Assembly: GCA_004431415.1 (NCBI GenBank)
Contig: QPMI01000475.1
Coordinates: forward strand, 1-64,000
Direction of reading: 5' to 3'
DNA length: 64,000 nucleotides
From: Cyanophora paradoxa CCMP329
Taxonomy: Eukaryota > Plantae > Glaucophyta
Part shown: in pieces, positions 1 through 11,114 of the stretch
Layout of the letters: each line of letters opens with the position of its first letter
Numbering within the stretch: the stretch's first letter is position 1
Notes under the pieces: model-generated
Seen by the model: only the letters and a program-made list of their open reading frames with translations
The model's database searches: none
Told to the model about the DNA's origin: nothing
Position numbers and translations under genes: made by a program

Positions 1-945
1 ATTCATAAACTGGGTCTCCTGCTGGCTCATCACCATAGCGAATTCAAAGGTCAGATGAACAGGTTGACCTCAAAATCAATTGGTTCATTTACAGCATTAA
101 CAATATCAACCGAGAAAGTGGATAATCCAACCTTTTTGTTATAGTATTTATAAAGTGGATGAGCCTCTGTTGAATTGTAAACAACATGCTCACCATAATC
201 TTTGTCAGGAACCACTATTTTATGAAAGTAACCAGTCAGAAGACCATCCCCACATTGAACCAGATCACCCAGCTCCTTTACTCTCACAAACAAACACTGT
301 CCCTGGTCTTCTCAGGCTCAAAAGAAGATATAATGCCATTCACTCGACCATCAGTAAAGATTCCATCAGTGAGAGCATCATAAACTTGGGATTTGATTGG
401 GGAATTCCCATATCTTCCAGGATCAAGACCAAGCAGTCTAGCTGAACTCAATAGCTTTTGGATTGTTTGTTGGCTTGGGTTTACAGCAAGTGAGAAAGCC
501 AGGTAAAAAGGCACTGCCGAGTGGAATATAATTCGTTTCAGTGACTCATCCCATTTGCAGCGAATGGATGGTTGGGGAGTTCTGCCAATGAATTTTGAGT
601 TGATTACATTCACCAGCTGTTGGTGGCTTTGGATGGGGGTCTCGCGATTTACCATGAATTGTTTCCATTGTTCAAAATCAGCAGCTGGGCGAGTTGTTGG
701 AATTCCTGAGCTTCCAGCTCCTGGAGTTTGTTCCGAATAATAAATACTAAATGTGTTATGAACTGTGACATCTCCTGCTTTGGTTTCACCACTCACCATA
801 GGGATGCTGTTATAAAATTCGGCTGAGACCAGTCTCACAGCCCTCACATTCTCATAACTACTGGGGAGTCGAGCCACAAAGCTTGATGTGGGACCATCAC
901 CAGAGATTGTATTAAATGAGCTAACCTCGATGTAATCACAGGCAT
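1..945 (-). pseudogene. Minor capsid (penton)-like protein 2 of the outer element, frameshifted and running off the window edge
   Basis: ORFs 284..877 and 51..293 align by eye with 12898..13902 (ENVRAVRLVSAEFYNSIP; VRVKELGDLVQC). ATG at 945; 1-nt deletions break the frame. Confidence 0.75.
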
Positions 946-973
946 TCTTCTTTTATCTATATTATATATTAAA

Positions 974-1903
974 ATGAACCGGCTCGTTAATATTGATAGC
1001 AGGGATAGAAGCCAAGGACAAAATGAAAACTCTTACAGGGTCACCCTCACAACTCCAGTAGAGAGACCAAGGGAATGCAGGGTTCTATATGCAGAGATTC
1101 CAAACAGCATCTATAACAGTGTGGGAACTGATCATCTAACAGTTCAGTTTAATTACCAAGATGGTTCATATAACCAAGTGATCACACAACAAGTGTATCC
1201 CTTCCCAGTGGCTACATCAATCAGGGTCATTTTGGGTAACACACCTTATAATTATGGGCTGAACTATTCAAGCTTCCAAACCATTGCAGGCAAAACAGTA
1301 GCTTTTGAGTTCAAGATATTCTATAACCCAACTACCTATAAAGTGGAGTTTTACAGTAACCATGAGTTTCGTTTTATTGCAAGCAACCAGAGAATAGGGA
1401 AGCTTTTGGGTGTGAGTTCTACTGAATACACCAATGGGTATTATAGCACTCCTCCTGTTGGTGGATCACCCTATCGACCTGAGAACCTGTTAAAGTATGA
1501 TGGCAAACCTATTACACCTGATCACCCAGCATGGGGAACCACCTTTTCAGGACCCAGACTCTCATCTAAGCCCTTGCAATATTATTTTGACAGCAGAAAG
1601 ATGTCTGATATGAATGCTGAGCAGTATCTATACATGCACATTAAAGAGCTTGCCCCTTTTGCCAGCAGACACAATATAATTCCGAAATCGCAACCACATA
1701 ACCAGGGGGCAATCCTTAGATTGCAATTGAGTAAGGATATAGGTGGCTATGTTTACCATAGTGGTGAACATGCAGAATTCATTCAGATAAATGACAGAAA
1801 CCTGGTGATAAGGGAACTCACAGTTGAGTTTAAAGATTACTTTGGTGAACTGATTGATATGAATGGAATCGATAATTCTTTTCAGTTGGAGTTTATCGAA
1901 TAA
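974..1903 (+). CDS. Minor capsid (penton)-like protein 1, outer element
   Basis: N-terminal IDSRDR...IPNSIYN and C-terminal LTVEFKDYFGELIDMNGIDNSFQLEF are typical of PLV/NCLDV single-jelly-roll minor capsid proteins. Homolog of 11967..12869. Confidence 0.75.
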   Translation: MNRLVNIDSRDRSQGQNENSYRVTLTTPVERPRECRVLYAEIPNSIYNSVGTDHLTVQFNYQDGSYNQVITQQVYPFPVATSIRVILGNTPYNYGLNYSSFQTIAGKTVAFEFKIFYNPTTYKVEFYSNHEFRFIASNQRIGKLLGVSSTEYTNGYYSTPPVGGSPYRPENLLKYDGKPITPDHPAWGTTFSGPRLSSKPLQYYFDSRKMSDMNAEQYLYMHIKELAPFASRHNIIPKSQPHNQGAILRLQLSKDIGGYVYHSGEHAEFIQINDRNLVIRELTVEFKDYFGELIDMNGIDNSFQLEFIE

Positions 1904-3441
1904 AGGCACCTGTAAAGTCAACTCTCATTGTGGGAGCATTCACATACACAAGGGATAAATGCGAATATATTTAATTCTGAGAGAAAAACCTATGTAAAAA
2001 GCATCCTTGATGCTGAGAGGAAATCCACTCAATAGAGCCACATCACCTGAGTTGTGAGCATTGTTAATGTTCTCACAGACATATATTTTGTTTTGCCCAT
2101 CTGATCGAATAAAAGACCAGTTGATCCCATCAGTGGATGTTGCCACATTGAAAGTCTTAATAAAAGCATTGGTGTCCCTGATCCATAGGCAATCACAGAA
2201 GAGAGTTCAAAAGTATATGGAAAAGCAACTTGAAGGTATTCAGTGGGGTTTCCCATATCTGCTCAGGAGCATAGGCTCCAGCTTCCAGCCAAATGCTGAA
2301 GGTCTAGCCATGAAAGGCTCTTTACCAGTCACAGAGGATGAGGCAGTGAAGGCATCATCTGCAAGCTGATACCAATTAGCATCCAAAGGTGGTGATGTAG
2401 TGAGAGTGGATGAGATGTAAGCCTTTGTAGGGTTCTTTAATTCATAGTTTGCTACTAGAATGCTGCAAAGCTTATTAATCATATCATTGTTTGCTGCTAT
2501 GTATGTTTCTGTGAAAGAAAGCATATCTGGGATTTTAGAAGTGTCATCCAGGGAGCTTACTATGTGATTCGGAAGAGGTACTGATAACCTATAGTATCTC
2601 CCATAATCCTGATCATAGTTGTAGGGTAACAACTCCTCCATCTTATCAAGGGCAGAAAGCTCACTTGCAGCCATGAGCATGTTAATCAATGGGCTTCCAT
2701 CTGTTGAGGCAATCCATGAGAGAATGCCCAGCTGTTGACAGTCTCATAAGCATAACCCACATAATCAGACTCTAAATGTGGGTCCACCTCTCCACAAGAG
2801 ATACTTATTACTATAATGTCATCATCATCACTGTAAATCTTCTTTGCATGGCTGTAACCACACACACTGGGATTATTGTTTCCCGAAATGGCACCATCAA
2901 TGAGACAGACATATACTCCCGATTGAAATCAACAATGCTTACAGGTGAAAAGTATGTAGGAGCAGCAGAAGTAGCCCTAGCAGCAATCTTACAGGGCATA
3001 AAGTTGTAATTGTTATCATTTGTGATAAATATTGGTTTCATATTCTGAGTATCAAAAGATGTAATCACAATGTCCTTTAGGGAATCCTGTATTAGTGATT
3101 CCCCAGTAACTGAATTGATTGCAGTCTCCAAGGGTCCCACATCATACTTTGTGTTAAATAGGGCATTTTCAATGATATTTCGAGGATTTGCGAAAATCAA
3201 AGGCAGTTGAGTTAGGTAAATATTGTGTAAATCGTTTGCTGTCAGTTTAGGTTCACCTGGTCTATCAGGATGCCTTATATTCAAACCTATTGCAATGATC
3301 CCACCAGTGGAAGTTCCACTCACAAGATCACAAGATCGATTATTCTCCTGCCAGTTCGATTTTCGATTTCTTTTAGCAGCCTGGTTATGATAATGCCCCT
3401 TGCACCCCGCCAGAAAGACTTAAAACGACCTTGAGAGGCAT
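1893..3441 (-). pseudogene. Patatin-like phospholipase plus discoidin (F5/8 C) domain, frameshifted, outer element
   Basis: Fragments (GTSTGG, ATSAAPTYF, IRIYPL, DFTGAFIR*) are collinear with intact 26097..27653; several 1-nt indels. Confidence 0.8.
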
Positions 3442-3484
3442 CTTTTACTTATCAGGAATTTTATAAATCCATATAGTAAAAGCC

Positions 3485-6400
3485 ATGAGCTTCAATTACC
3501 CACCAAATCTAGAAACCATTCAAGATGATAATGCAAGCAGCACCAAGCATGTGAACTTTGATAATATTAAAGTAAAGGGTTCAGTTTCAATTGACCACAG
3601 CTCTGATAATTCATCAAAGACTCAATCAAGGGAGCATGCTTTATCTGTGAATCAAACCGATCCAGATAAAGAGGATGTCAGTGTAGCCTTTAGTTTGGGT
3701 AATGTGAAAGCAAACCAAGTGGCAGAGATCAAAGCAACAAGAAGGAGACCTAGGAAACTAAAAACCAGTGGCACTCACCCAGATATACCTTCCAGGTTCG
3801 ATAGTGGTCGATTGATTTTCAATGTTCAAGATGAGCAGGGCAAACAGAACACAGCTTTGCGAATTTACAATGAGGGCAGCACTGCAAAAGCTGAGGTCCC
3901 CCAAGTATTGCAAGTGGGTCCCATTGCCAACACAAATCAGGTCTCCTACACAAATGATGTATACCCCAAGGATATTACATATGACTTTGCGAGGAATGAG
4001 CCTTTTGGGTTTTTTACTCCAAAAGATGTCCATCAAAAAAAGCCATCAATTACAATCAACAGTAGCCCCAGTCAACCAGTAGCAATCCATTTACATCCTG
4101 ATTTAGTCGAAATGGATAGGCACCTTTTGCCTTTGTATAGCAATGTGAAAGACCTTGGAATTAGAACCAGGCAATGGCGAAATATCCATGGCAGCAATGT
4201 GTATGCAAATGGGGAGAAACTTGTGAGTGAGAAAACTCTAAGGGAAATAATTGAGCATTATGGTCCCAATGGACCAACAGTTCCATTCCCTATTCCATTT
4301 CCAAATGGACCTCCCGATTTAACACCAAAGAAACAGCCTGGAAGAGAATACACAGCAACTGAAGATGTAGCCTTTGGGCAGCATATTGTTAGTTGGGAGC
4401 AAGTTCGCAATAAACCTATAATTGAACCCAGAAAGCAAATAGATGAGCAGTATTTACCTCCTGAAGTCGATATATTAGAGCTTGATGAATATCAATTCGT
4501 TCCAGATGAGGAAGAGTATTTACCAGATGGTTTCGACCCACAAGAATATGAGTATGATCAGTTTGACCCCAATGAGGAGGAGATACTCCAGATGGTTTTG
4601 ACCCACAAGAATATGAGTATGAACAGAACTATGAACCTGATGAGGAGTATTTACCAGATGGTCATGATCCACCAGCTGTTGACTATGAGCAACCTTATGA
4701 ACCCCATGAGGAATTGTTACCAGATGGATTTCGACCTGAGATCTGGGAGTTCTTCCCTGATTATGAACAAATTAATAATAAACCTGCAAAGTATCCCCCA
4801 GAGGATCACAATCATGATTGGGATGAGATCTTAGGCAAACCTCAAAAGTATCCACCAGAGGATCACAGGCATGATTGGGGTGAAATTGATGGGATTCCAA
4901 CTGAGTTCCCACCAAGCAAACATGAACATACTTGGGATGAGATTAATGACCAACCAGAATTCGCAAAGGTAGAGCCTCTTGATAACTTGGGGTTTCTCTT
5001 TATCAGACTTGTAATGTCCCAGAAAGAATCTTTTTGAATGAACACTATGTACATGTGAATGGGACACTTGCAAATTCAGCTATGAGAGGACCACTTCATA
5101 TTAGGACATTACCAGGCTCTTTTGAAACCCCACCACCACCAGGAGCAACCATACCAAATATCTTTGTGTCAAGCTACATGGAGGCTGACATTCCCACAGA
5201 TACATTCAGAGTCCCAACAGACCCAGCAACCTACCAAAATTACAACTCTGCTATACAGGTTCATGTAGCAGATGTAAGCAGCTTAGATGGCTCAAGACCA
5301 ATGATAGTTTTCAGTCGAGATAAGTATTCCTACATTCCCATAGTGGGAACTGCAAATGATAATTATGGGAGGGCAGAGCTTGCATGGATTAAAACAGATT
5401 ATGGTGGGGTTCTCGAAGCCAATCAAAGAATGGCAGCAAAAAACATTCACAATGAGACCATATCAAGGGTGGTAACAGAGGATTACCTGCAAGCCCAGAA
5501 CTACATAGATGAAACAGAACTAAATACAATCATTGCAGGTATAGGTATTGGTGTTACAGGCAATTACCTCCCTCTCACAGGTGGGACTATTGATGGAACA
5601 GTAACAGCATGCAACTTCTTTGTTCATACTGAATGTAATCAAACCTTCCCTGTTGTCCATCCAGGAAGTGAGTATGAGATTCCTAATGATCCAGCTATTA
5701 TGCCCATTAAGATTGATCTCCCTTCTGATTATGTAGGAAGGGGTGAACTAAAGACCATCTCTTTCACAGGAGATTATAATGATCTCATAAATAAACCCAC
5801 CCCATCCAATTTACACCCTGTTGCATACTCAGGTAGTTTCCTTGATCTTAATAATAGATCACACACCCACACAAAGGCAGAGATCACAGATTTCGCACAC
5901 ACTCACACAAAATCCCAGATAACAGATTTTGCACACACCCACACCAGAGCAGATATCACGAATTTTGCTCACACCCATTTTAAATCTGAGATCTCAGATT
6001 TTGCTCACACTCACACAAAGTCACAGATTACAGATTTTGCACACACTCATGTCAAGAGTGAGATAACAGATTTTGCACACACTCATGTCAAGAGTGAGAT
6101 TACAGATTTTGCTCACACTCACACCAAAGGTGAAATTACAGACTTTGCTCATACTCATACAAAATCCCAAATTACAGATTTCGCACACACCCACCTTTGG
6201 GGAGATATTACAGATCGACCTACTCTGGATCCATTCACAGCTACCACTATAAGAGCCAACAACACAATGTATGTAGGATCAGGTCAGATTGTAGAACCAG
6301 CAGGACCTATGTTTGAAGAAACATGGTTCTTCCACAATTCGCAGAATTACTTTGATAAAACCTTACTTGTTCGTGGAAATGCATATGCAAGGAATTTCTA

Positions 6401-6781
6401 TGCTATGAACCCTCAAATAATGCGACCATCAGTCGATGCATTACAGAAGCAGATCTTTCCAGTCAACTCAATGCATATTTTAATGGGAAAATTCAAGCAG
6501 GTAAGTATGTTTACACTACTCCTGTTTTAAATTACAATAATCTGTATGTGTTCAATCTTACTATCTATTTTACCAATGCCTTTGCTTCTCCTCCTGTTGT
6601 TACAGCAACTGTAAGGCATGAAGGACAAGAACCAAATTATCAAGTAACTCCCGTCATTTTTACTGTGAACCTGTTGAATGTTTACAGTAACTATTTCACC
6701 TGTGAACTTTTCACTGATCCATATGCAATGAATAATTCATCCAAAACTGTAACAATCCATTACATTGCTGTCGCAATTTAA
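3485..6781 (+). pseudogene. Fibre/spike protein with HxH repeats (~1,100 aa), split by frameshifts, outer element
   Basis: ORFs 3485..4834, 4714..5037, 5034..6530 and 6548..6781 are collinear with the N- and C-termini of the inner fibre; HTHTKxxITDFA repeats. Confidence 0.75.
5860..6200 (+). repeat. 36-bp coding tandem repeat (HTHTKxxITDFA x9)
   Basis: Nine 12-aa units are visible in the translation of 5034..6530. Confidence 0.9.
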
Positions 6782-6800
6782 CTATTTGATTAATATAAAG

Positions 6801-7560
6801 ATGACCTCTCTATTAGAAATCCCAAACTATGAACTTGCAGCCAAATCACTGCACAGCACCTCTCATGGAGTAGTTGATTCAACCCCTGGGTATATTTGTA
6901 CTGAAACTTCAAGTAATACCTCTTTCACAGAGAATAATATACTCAGAGTCAAAGAAATTCGATGTGATAGAAATGGAGGCAAGATAAGAACCACAGGAAT
7001 TATTATCTCGAATAAAAATCAGGTTCAAGCAGGTCAAGTAGTCCCAGATTCAGCAATATATGATAATGTAGGTGGATTTACCACAGCACAGATAGTTTCT
7101 TTTGGTAACACAAGTAATACTTCCGCTCTTGTAGTCAAGAGTGGAGGAGCATACTTTGGAGAGGCATTAAAGGTGAATGGAACAGTAACAGCATCCATAC
7201 TAAATGCTGGAAGTGGAATGTTTGAGAGTCCAATAAATTTTGAGGGTGGATATAATGCGAGTAGTTTTTCAGTTGGTGTTGGTGTCTTTTCCACAATGTT
7301 AAACACACCTGAAATTGAATCATCGAATGCACTCAATATCAAGAGAAATGCAGTGGTTACAGCAACCATAAACAATGTTTCCCCTTCAATAAATCTAATT
7401 AAATATCTGAAAGCTCCTCACCCTCGGTTTTGTATTGTAAATTATTCAACATCAGCAGTTACTGTGGGAACCACATCAACAGCAAGAAGATTCGCTTTTA
7501 ACAGAACTCTTGTGGATGCAAGCAATAATATCACATTATCCACAGGCACCTTTACACATT
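6801..7560 (+). CDS. Spike-family paralog with shared N-terminal anchor domain, C-terminus apparently truncated
   Basis: ICTET...RVKEIRCDRNGGKIRTT...KSGGA motif shared with the 7510, 8854, 35106, 35968 and 39409 ORFs. It ends at a TGTFT motif resembling the start of a C1q domain. Confidence 0.55.
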
Positions 7561-8532
7561 ATCCACAGGCACCACACAGTTACAGATGCTATTCCCGGGT
7601 TTATTTGCACAGAAACCACAGGAGCAGATTCATTTACTCAAAATTCAATTATCAGATGCAAGGAAATTCGATGTGATAGAAATGCTGGAAAAATACGAAC
7701 CACACAATTAATCGTAAGTAACAAGAATCAGGTTTTACCAGGTGGTGTAGTTGCTGATGCAGCTATTTATGATGATGCAGGTGGGGTGACCACACCACAA
7801 ATTGTTACTTTTGATGGGACAGAAAATAATGCAGCACTTGTAGTTAAATCAGGTGGAGCATGGATAGGTTCGGGAGCTTTTGTGAATGGAACACTCTCAG
7901 CTACAAATGTTTCAATTTCAGGAACAACAACATTTACAGGTGTTGTGAATGCAAATGGTGGTCTTTTTGTTCCTACTTATACAGTCCCTGTGATGACCGC
8001 AACCACAAAGATACAAACACCTGAAATAGATACAGGAGCAAATGTAGATCTGATTCTGAAACGAAATAGCACAGAAGTCGCACGAATTGATGCAGGGGGT
8101 CTTACAATCGCAGCAAACTTTTATTTGAAGCAAGAAACCCAACCTCGATTTTGTGTTGGGTTTGGTGTAGCAACAAGAAGTGGAGTATATGGGCGTCTTA
8201 CTAATTGGTTGCATGAATTCTTTGATAATACCAACTCATTTGATGTAGTAGAAGGGAAATTCACAGCGCCTATAAGTGGAGATTATAGATTCTCTCTTAA
8301 TTCTTATAGTATTGTTACCTCATCTGTGAGTGTAGATCTGAAAGTAAATGATCAGAATGTTTCAACAGAATTCAATTTCAGGGTAAACAACTCACAAACA
8401 GTAACCAACAAAACAATCATTTTGAGCGCAATACTCAGACTTGGAGCCGGGGATAATGTCTCTATTTATGCTGTTGATACTTCCATTTCAGAATTCACAA
8501 CGTTTAGTGGCGAATTGCTGAGCATAATTTAA
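7555..8532 (+). CDS. Spike-family paralog with C-terminal C1q-like domain (N-terminus missing or fused)
   Basis: Same anchor motif; C-terminal FDVVEGKFTAPISGDYRFS...LGAGDNVSI...TFSGELL is a gC1q-like signature. Confidence 0.65.
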   Translation, partial: HIIHRHHTVTDAIPGFICTETTGADSFTQNSIIRCKEIRCDRNAGKIRTTQLIVSNKNQVLPGGVVADAAIYDDAGGVTTPQIVTFDGTENNAALVVKSGGAWIGSGAFVNGTLSATNVSISGTTTFTGVVNANGGLFVPTYTVPVMTATTKIQTPEIDTGANVDLILKRNSTEVARIDAGGLTIAANFYLKQETQPRFCVGFGVATRSGVYGRLTNWLHEFFDNTNSFDVVEGKFTAPISGDYRFSLNSYSIVTSSVSVDLKVNDQNVSTEFNFRVNNSQTVTNKTIILSAILRLGAGDNVSIYAVDTSISEFTTFSGELLSII

Positions 8533-8551
8533 TTTCTACAAGTAGTTTAGA

Positions 8552-8815
8552 ATGTCGAATATATACCAAGTAGTTCTGACTGATACCGAAAAGTTGGGAA
8601 TGGAATATTGCGCTGCTTCTGTTCAGGACTGGATTGATAATGCTGCCCACAACAGGGCAAGAATCGCAATTGATGAGATTGTTCAGAAAGAGATCCAATC
8701 TTGCATCTCATCAGGAGTTCAGATACCAACCTCAAAGGAAGCGATTGTATTACAGGCATTCCAAAGGGGAACTGTAAAGAAAGGTATCGAGTATAATAAT
8801 GTCACAGAAGAGTAG
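8552..8815 (+). CDS. Small phage-type fibre-associated protein
   Basis: LTDTE..MEYCAASVQDWIDNAAHNRARIAIDEI resembles, from memory, small proteins that follow C1q tail-fibre genes in aquatic phages. Clean ATG and AT-rich upstream region. Confidence 0.55.
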   Translation: MSNIYQVVLTDTEKLGMEYCAASVQDWIDNAAHNRARIAIDEIVQKEIQSCISSGVQIPTSKEAIVLQAFQRGTVKKGIEYNNVTEE

Positions 8816-8853
8816 TGTACATTATTTTTCTTTCCTTCTTAGTAAAAGAAGCA

Positions 8854-9587
8854 ATGGGTGAATATAATCGAGTTCAACTTCCAATATATTCCCTTGGATC
8901 CCCTGCAATGCACTTTCGCCAGCATGAAGTTAATGATGAGGTTCGTGGTTTAGAATCCACAGAGAGACCCAATTCCAATGGTAACTCCTTTGATAAAAAT
9001 TCGATTATTCGAGTTAAAGAGCTGAGAGCTGATAAGAATTCAGGTGTGGTTAAAACAACTCGACTTCTTGTCACAAATGCTAACTTCTTTCAGCCTACTA
9101 ATGGAGGTCCTGATGCTTACAGTGTTGATCTGAAAGCCCTTGATTATGATAAAAACACTGCTGCTGTAACTGTGAGATCAGGAGGAGCATTTATTGGTGG
9201 TGGCTGCAGAGTTTCAGGTCAACTTTCATCCTCAATTTCGTATAATGATGTCCCAGATACTCTTGAACAAAATGTAGAGAACCCACAACGAATTCGATTA
9301 TATATACCAGTTGCACAACAGCCAGTTATTCAATTTTACCAAGGTTATACTGTCACACTTGAAAACTCTGAATTGATTGAAGGAACCAAAAGAGTAATGA
9401 GAGGGCTGGTCATTCCTTCTGCAATGCTTTCTTTATGTAGAGCCAACAATAACCAGCCAGGTCACAGATACAATTTCAGTGTTCAGGGATATGATCATTT
9501 TGGCACAGGGTTCTGTGTTTATAATAACAATTTCACCTATGATCTGTTTGTTACAGATATTGGAAAATATACAATTACAGTTATGGG
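8854..9587 (+). pseudogene. 5' part of a spike-family gene disrupted by the inner element
   Basis: MGEYNRVQLP... is homologous to 35106..35948; the frame continues at 39274. Confidence 0.9.
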
Positions 9588-9694
9588 ACACATAAATAAA
9601 AACAAATTTAAATCCCTCGCTCTATCGCTCAATTCGCGCTTCGCGCTCATTTCGCTCTGTCGCTCAGGATTTAAATTTGTTTTTATTTATGTGT
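9588..9694. other. Terminal hairpin: 28-bp perfect stem with 51-nt TCGC-rich loop
   Basis: ACACATAAATAAAAACAAATTTAAATCC at 9588-9615 and its reverse complement at 9667-9694; mirrored at 39161-39267. Confidence 0.92.
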
Positions 9695-10048
9695 AAATTA
9701 ATCGAAAATATTTAAAAAATAAATCAAAATTTTTAATAAAATCAATTAAATTTAAATAAATTCGATTAAATTAATTGGTATAATATCAATTAAATTATGA
9801 TTTTATGAAATTTATATAAATTTTTGATAAATTACGTATTTCTCGATTGATTTAATGATATAAACGCGATTAATTTGTATTTAAATGAAAAATACGTATT
9901 TTGCGATTGATATAAACGCGATTAATTTGTATTTTATGCAAAATCGATATAATCTCGATTGAGGGAACATAAATTTATGATATAATCAATCACGATTGAA
10001 GTAGTCCACCTCCCATTCTATCGTAAAACGCAAAAATTCACACAGAGT

Positions 10049-10700
10049 TGCATTACGTCCAATTAAACAATCGATGAGATTGCGGCGTATTTTGTTGGAA
10101 GAGATGGTTACTGCATTATGTCCAATTAAACAATCGATGAAATATCGGATGAAAATAATTCACTCGTTACGGCATTATGTCCAATTAAACAATCGTTGAG
10201 ATTGCGGGAAACAAAAATGACCCCAGAGTTGCATTATGTCCAATTAAACAATCGATGAAATATCGGATGAAAATAATTCACTCGTTACTGCATTATGTCC
10301 AATTAAACAATCGATGAGATTGCGGCGTATTTTGTTGGAAGGGATGGTTACTGCATTATGTCCAATTAAACAATCGATGAGATTGCGGCGTATTTTGTTG
10401 GAAGGGATGGTTACTGCATTATGTCCAATTAAACAATCGATGAAATATCGGATGAAAATAATTCACTCGTTACTGCATTATGTCCAATTAAACAATCGAT
10501 GAGATTGCGGCGTATTTTGTTGGAAGGGATGGTTACTGCATTATGTCCAATTAAACAATTGATGAGATTGCGGTGTATTTTGTTGGATTAGATGGTTACT
10601 GCATTATGTCCAATTAAACAATCGATGAGATTCGGGTAAGATTTTTACTGTATCAAAATTGACCCCAGAGTTGCATTATGTCCAATTAAACAATTGATAA
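10049..10700 (+). repeat. Array of 11 conserved 29-bp repeats with 30-43-bp variable spacers (in left TIR)
   Basis: TGCATTATGTCCAATTAAACAATCGATGA at 10049, 10112, 10171, 10230, 10289, 10352, 10415, 10474, 10537, 10600 and 10672. Confidence 0.92.
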
Positions 10701-10758
10701 GATTGGATTCTGTTGTTTACTGTAAAAACATTGTATCTTAGGTGTATCAATCTCAATT

Positions 10759-11114
10759 AATCGAGGGTAACAGAGGTAACGGATTTTTCCCAACCTCTCC
10801 CCTAAGATCGAGATTTTCAAAAAGTTGCGCAAAATCCGTTACCTCTGTTACCCTCGATTAAATCCGTTACCTCAATTAAAATCTGTTACCCTTACTGAAA
10901 ATAAGAATGAATCTGTTACCCTTACCATAATAAGTAATGAGTTCTTGAATAATTAATCTTTGTTTAATGATAAACAATTGAGGGTAACAGAGGTAACGGA
11001 TTTTTCCCAACCTTTCCCTAAGATCGAGATTTTCAAAAAGTTGCGCAAAATCCGTTACCTCTGTTACCCTTACTGAAAATAAGAATAAATCTGTTACCTT
11101 TGTTATCTGTTACC
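10759..11114. promoter_or_regulatory. GGTAAC(A/G)GA iteron hairpins (putative origin elements) in left TIR
   Basis: Two inverted-repeat cassettes (10759-10859, 10981-11071) plus extra TGTTACC copies; the same cassette occurs at 20314-20414. Confidence 0.55.

Noticed and set aside
10314-10502. 62-aa ORF (and its mirror 38353..38541)
   Set aside because: Translation of the repeat array.
10049-10700. Bona fide CRISPR array
   Set aside because: Spacers recur and share ends, there are no cas genes, the context is a eukaryotic virus, and the array is duplicated only as part of the TIR.
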